Below, piece by piece: positions 61,137-64,000 of a stretch of DNA of 64,000 nt. Under the pieces are notes generated by a model. It did not search any database, was not told the origin of the DNA, and worked only from the letters and a program-made list of their open reading frames with translations. The stretch is from Myxococcales bacterium. GTDB lineage: Bacteria > Myxococcota_A > Polyangia > Polyangiales > Houyiibacteriaceae. How positions within the stretch are numbered: the stretch's first letter is position 1; each line of letters starts with the position of its first letter. Both the position numbers and the translations under genes were made by a program. The stretch spans positions 18,494-82,493 of the forward strand of contig JAHBWH010000010.1 in NCBI GenBank assembly GCA_019637115.1, given 5' to 3'.

Positions 61137-63200
61137 TCAACGCTCGAGGGGCGGCGGCGTCGGCAGCACGCTCGTCTCGATGTCGCGGCCGTTCTCCGAG
61201 AACCAGACCTGCGCCGAGACCTTGCGCAGGTCGTACCCCTCCGCGGCGACGTTCACCCCGACGAGGCTGCGCGTGACCACCCCGCCGCGGAGCTCGAGAT
61301 CCCCGACCGCCTCGTTCGGCTCCTCGTGCTCGTCGAGCCCGCGCGCGACCTGCGCGCCGATGAGCTCGTTGCCCTCGAGCCGGAAGCGCTCCAGCACCAC
61401 CTGCGCGCCGTCGTACACGCCGAGACCGATGCCTCCGACGAACGACGCGCAACGGTCGACCTCGTCGAGGCAGCCCGACCGGTAGCTGTTGCTGATCACG
61501 ACATCGCGGAGCTCGATCGACGTGTCGTCGTTGAACGCGAAGAGGCCACCGGTCTGGCTCTGGTCGAGGTGGACGCGCTCGAGCGAGACCCGCGAGCGCT
61601 CCGCCTGCAGCCCCGCGCCGAAGAGCGTCTCGGGGTGCGCGTGGGTGTAGTAGGTCGTGAGATCCGTCCCGCGGACGTCGGCGAGCAGCGCCATCACGCC
61701 GTACCCGTCGCAGCCCTCGACCCGCACGCGCGCGAACTCGAGCTCCGCCTCGTAGGCGACGAGCCCGAAGGCATGGTCTTCGGGTCGCAGCGGCGTCGGA
61801 CGGCCTTCGACGCCGACGACGCGCGTGTCCTCGAGCCGGCCGCTCGCGCCCAGATGGAGCTGAACCCCCACCCGCAGGCCTTGATGGACGACGGTGCGCG
61901 AGAGCTCGAGGTGCGCGCCCTCCCCGCGCGCGACGACGCCGAACTCGTGCCATGCGTCGTCGGCGTTCGCGACGAAGAGATCCTCCGCGCGCAGCCGCCC
62001 GCCCGCGACGTCGACGCCGAGGTTCGTGATCGCCCCGACCACCACCCGGCGCATCGAGCACGTGGCGCCGGGGAGCACCGTGACGCCGATGCTCGCGCCC
62101 TTCACGTCGCCGACGAGCGTGTCCTCGAGCTCGAGCGACGATCCCTCGTGCTCGACGAGGATCCCCGCGTCGTTCGTCGCAGAGACGAAGAGCCTCCGCG
62201 CGCGCGCGCGGCCGCCGCCGGCCACCTCGACGCCATGACCACGGAGCGCCCCCGCCGGATGCGACTGAGCGCCGATCACCACGTCCTCGAGCTCGAGCTC
62301 ACCGCCGAAGACGCCGATCGCCGCGACGTCGTGTCCGCGCAGCTCGGCGCGACGGAGCGAGAGGTGCCCCGTCGTGTGCACCAACACCCCGACGTCGAGC
62401 TCCCCCGCGATCCCCGGCTCGAGCATCCGCGTCACGAGCTCCTCGGCCTCCACGCGACCGGCGACCCAGAGCCCGGTCCCGGGGACGTCGAGCACGACGA
62501 CCCCACGCAGGCTCGCCTCTCCCCCTTCGCGGACGATGATCCCATGCTCCGGCCCCGTCACGGAGATCCCGTCGAGGACCACGGCGGCCGACGTGACGAC
62601 GATCGCCCCGGGCGCGTCGCCCGCGCGCGCGACGACGCTCGTCTCGGCCGCGCAGGCGCCGTAGAGACGCAGCGGCCGATCGAGGACGAGTCCGTCGGTC
62701 TCGTAGCGACCGGGCGCGAGCACGAGCGCCGAGCCCGAGGCCGCCGCGGCGAGCGCGACGTCGAGCTCGCCGAAGGGCGCGCTCTCCGAACCGTCACCTC
62801 CGCTCGCGCCGGCCCGGACGTGGACCACGACGCCGTCGGGCGCAGGGGGATCCTCGCAGGCCCGCCCCGCCGGTCGGCACGCCGCCTCGCTCGGCACGTG
62901 GAGCGCGTGCGCGTCGCAGCGTCGAGGGTCGTCGCCGCCGAAGGGCGCGCAGATCAGCGCTTCGCCGAGGTCCACGGGGATCCAACCGGCCGGACAGGCG
63001 CCGTCCACGCGGAAGCTCGGCGCGGTCGGCAGCTCCGCCGGCGCGACCTCCGGGGGCGTCGCGCCCGCGTCGGCATCTTCAGGTCCACCGTCGGACGTCG
63101 CCGGAGGCTCGCCCCCGCCGCACGCGGCTATGACGAGGAAGAGCGCCACGCTCCGTCCAAGTCGGTTCCTGCGGAGCGGGAGACGAGACGGCGGCGCCAC
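61137..63200 (-). CDS. right-handed beta-helix lipoprotein (DUF1565-like motif)
   Basis: VIAAC lipobox; VHVRAGASGGDGSESAPFG...ALAAA...LAPGRY; repetitive strands. Start uncertain. Confidence 0.8.
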   Translation of the reverse strand: MAPPSRLPLRRNRLGRSVALFLVIAACGGGEPPATSDGGPEDADAGATPPEVAPAELPTAPSFRVDGACPAGWIPVDLGEALICAPFGGDDPRRCDAHALHVPSEAACRPAGRACEDPPAPDGVVVHVRAGASGGDGSESAPFGELDVALAAAASGSALVLAPGRYETDGLVLDRPLRLYGACAAETSVVARAGDAPGAIVVTSAAVVLDGISVTGPEHGIIVREGGEASLRGVVVLDVPGTGLWVAGRVEAEELVTRMLEPGIAGELDVGVLVHTTGHLSLRRAELRGHDVAAIGVFGGELELEDVVIGAQSHPAGALRGHGVEVAGGGRARARRLFVSATNDAGILVEHEGSSLELEDTLVGDVKGASIGVTVLPGATCSMRRVVVGAITNLGVDVAGGRLRAEDLFVANADDAWHEFGVVARGEGAHLELSRTVVHQGLRVGVQLHLGASGRLEDTRVVGVEGRPTPLRPEDHAFGLVAYEAELEFARVRVEGCDGYGVMALLADVRGTDLTTYYTHAHPETLFGAGLQAERSRVSLERVHLDQSQTGGLFAFNDDTSIELRDVVISNSYRSGCLDEVDRCASFVGGIGLGVYDGAQVVLERFRLEGNELIGAQVARGLDEHEEPNEAVGDLELRGGVVTRSLVGVNVAAEGYDLRKVSAQVWFSENGRDIETSVLPTPPPLER

Positions 63201-63594
63201 CGCAGATCGGTACGTCGCCGCGCGACCATGGTCAACGCGCGCCGAGGCGGAGGCGCCCTGCCACGTGCTCACGACGGCGCCCATCGCGCAGCAGGCGACG
63301 TGAGCTGGCCTGCGCAGCGCTGCGCCCCAGCAGCGCCGTGTTGGGTCACCGCGCTCAACCGCGGCACAGCGAATGCCACTCACCACGTTCGCGACCCGAA
63401 TCTAATCGAGTTAATCGATAGCCAGTCCACGTATGAGGACACCCGCTCGCACGGCAACATGCTGGTTTCCACAAAACGCAAACCAAGTTCCACCGCGCCC
63501 GACGGGCGCCGACCAATAACTCGCATGGCCCCTCGGCGGCTCCCATAACGCCGCCACCGCCGGCGATGACCGAACGCCGAAGAGGGAGTGAACC

Positions 63595-64000
63595 ATGGGC
63601 TTCGATGGGACGAGTGTGGGTTCGTTCGGATCGACCGAGGGCGAGAGCGCCCTCTCCACCTTCACCCGTCGCCCCGTCCGCGCGCGGCGCTCGCGCGTGG
63701 CTCGAGAGCTCCTCTTCTTCGCCACGTTGAGCTTCGCGCTGGGCTCCTTGCTCGGCGCTGCGCGCGCCGACACGGGCGTCGAGCTCGGGGCGTCGGCGTC
63801 GCTCCACCGGGTCGAGTCGAACACCGCCGGGGCGGCGTGGGCGCCGAACGTCCGCGCGACGATCGTGCTCCCCGTCGCCGGGCCCCTCAAGGCAGGCGCG
63901 TTCGCGCAGGCGATGGGCACCCGCGTCCCGCTGGTCGACCCCAACGTCGGCGGCGGCATCGTCGCCCAGCTCGGGCTCGAAGAGGTGCTCCGCAGCTTCC
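63595..64000 (+). CDS. 5' part of an exported, probably outer-membrane beta-strand protein, runs off the window
   Basis: GAGGGAG RBS and ATG at 63595; frame open to the edge; hydrophobic signal ending AARA-D then alternating strands. Confidence 0.6.
   Translation, partial: MGFDGTSVGSFGSTEGESALSTFTRRPVRARRSRVARELLFFATLSFALGSLLGAARADTGVELGASASLHRVESNTAGAAWAPNVRATIVLPVAGPLKAGAFAQAMGTRVPLVDPNVGGGIVAQLGLEEVLRSF

Overview
Very GC- and CpG-rich bacterial DNA with a myxobacterial gene repertoire (Polyangiales/Sandaracinaceae-like; inferred from Cys-rich lipoproteins, a kinase-NTPase-TPR protein, MopE-type repeats and sigma54 promoters). About 40 real genes; most long ORFs in the track are GC-driven shadow frames. 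Two systems stand out. (1) A minus-strand sterol biosynthesis cluster at 47252-57518: a single polypeptide fusing squalene monooxygenase, a degenerate QW-repeat cyclase-like barrel and squalene synthase, followed by an SdmB-like SDR, an SdmA-like Rieske oxygenase, class II HMG-CoA reductase, an oxidosqualene cyclase with non-canonical product-determining residues, and a eukaryote-type sterol C-24 methyltransferase. (2) Divergent from it, a PlpX-type radical SAM/SPASM splicease coupled to a zinc-ribbon/lipobox protein carrying two XYG motifs (57850-59525). Also present: ccmAB, a MacAB-like ABC exporter, an SLH protein with a toxin-like tail, a DUF4139-like protein interrupted by TSP3+OmpA, gene remnants, recurrent tandem duplications across stop codons, and recurrent -10 boxes 6-8 nt before start codons. 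No rRNA, tRNA, CRISPR array or transposase/integrase was recognised. All family calls come from motif reading, not database searches; start codons are my best picks.
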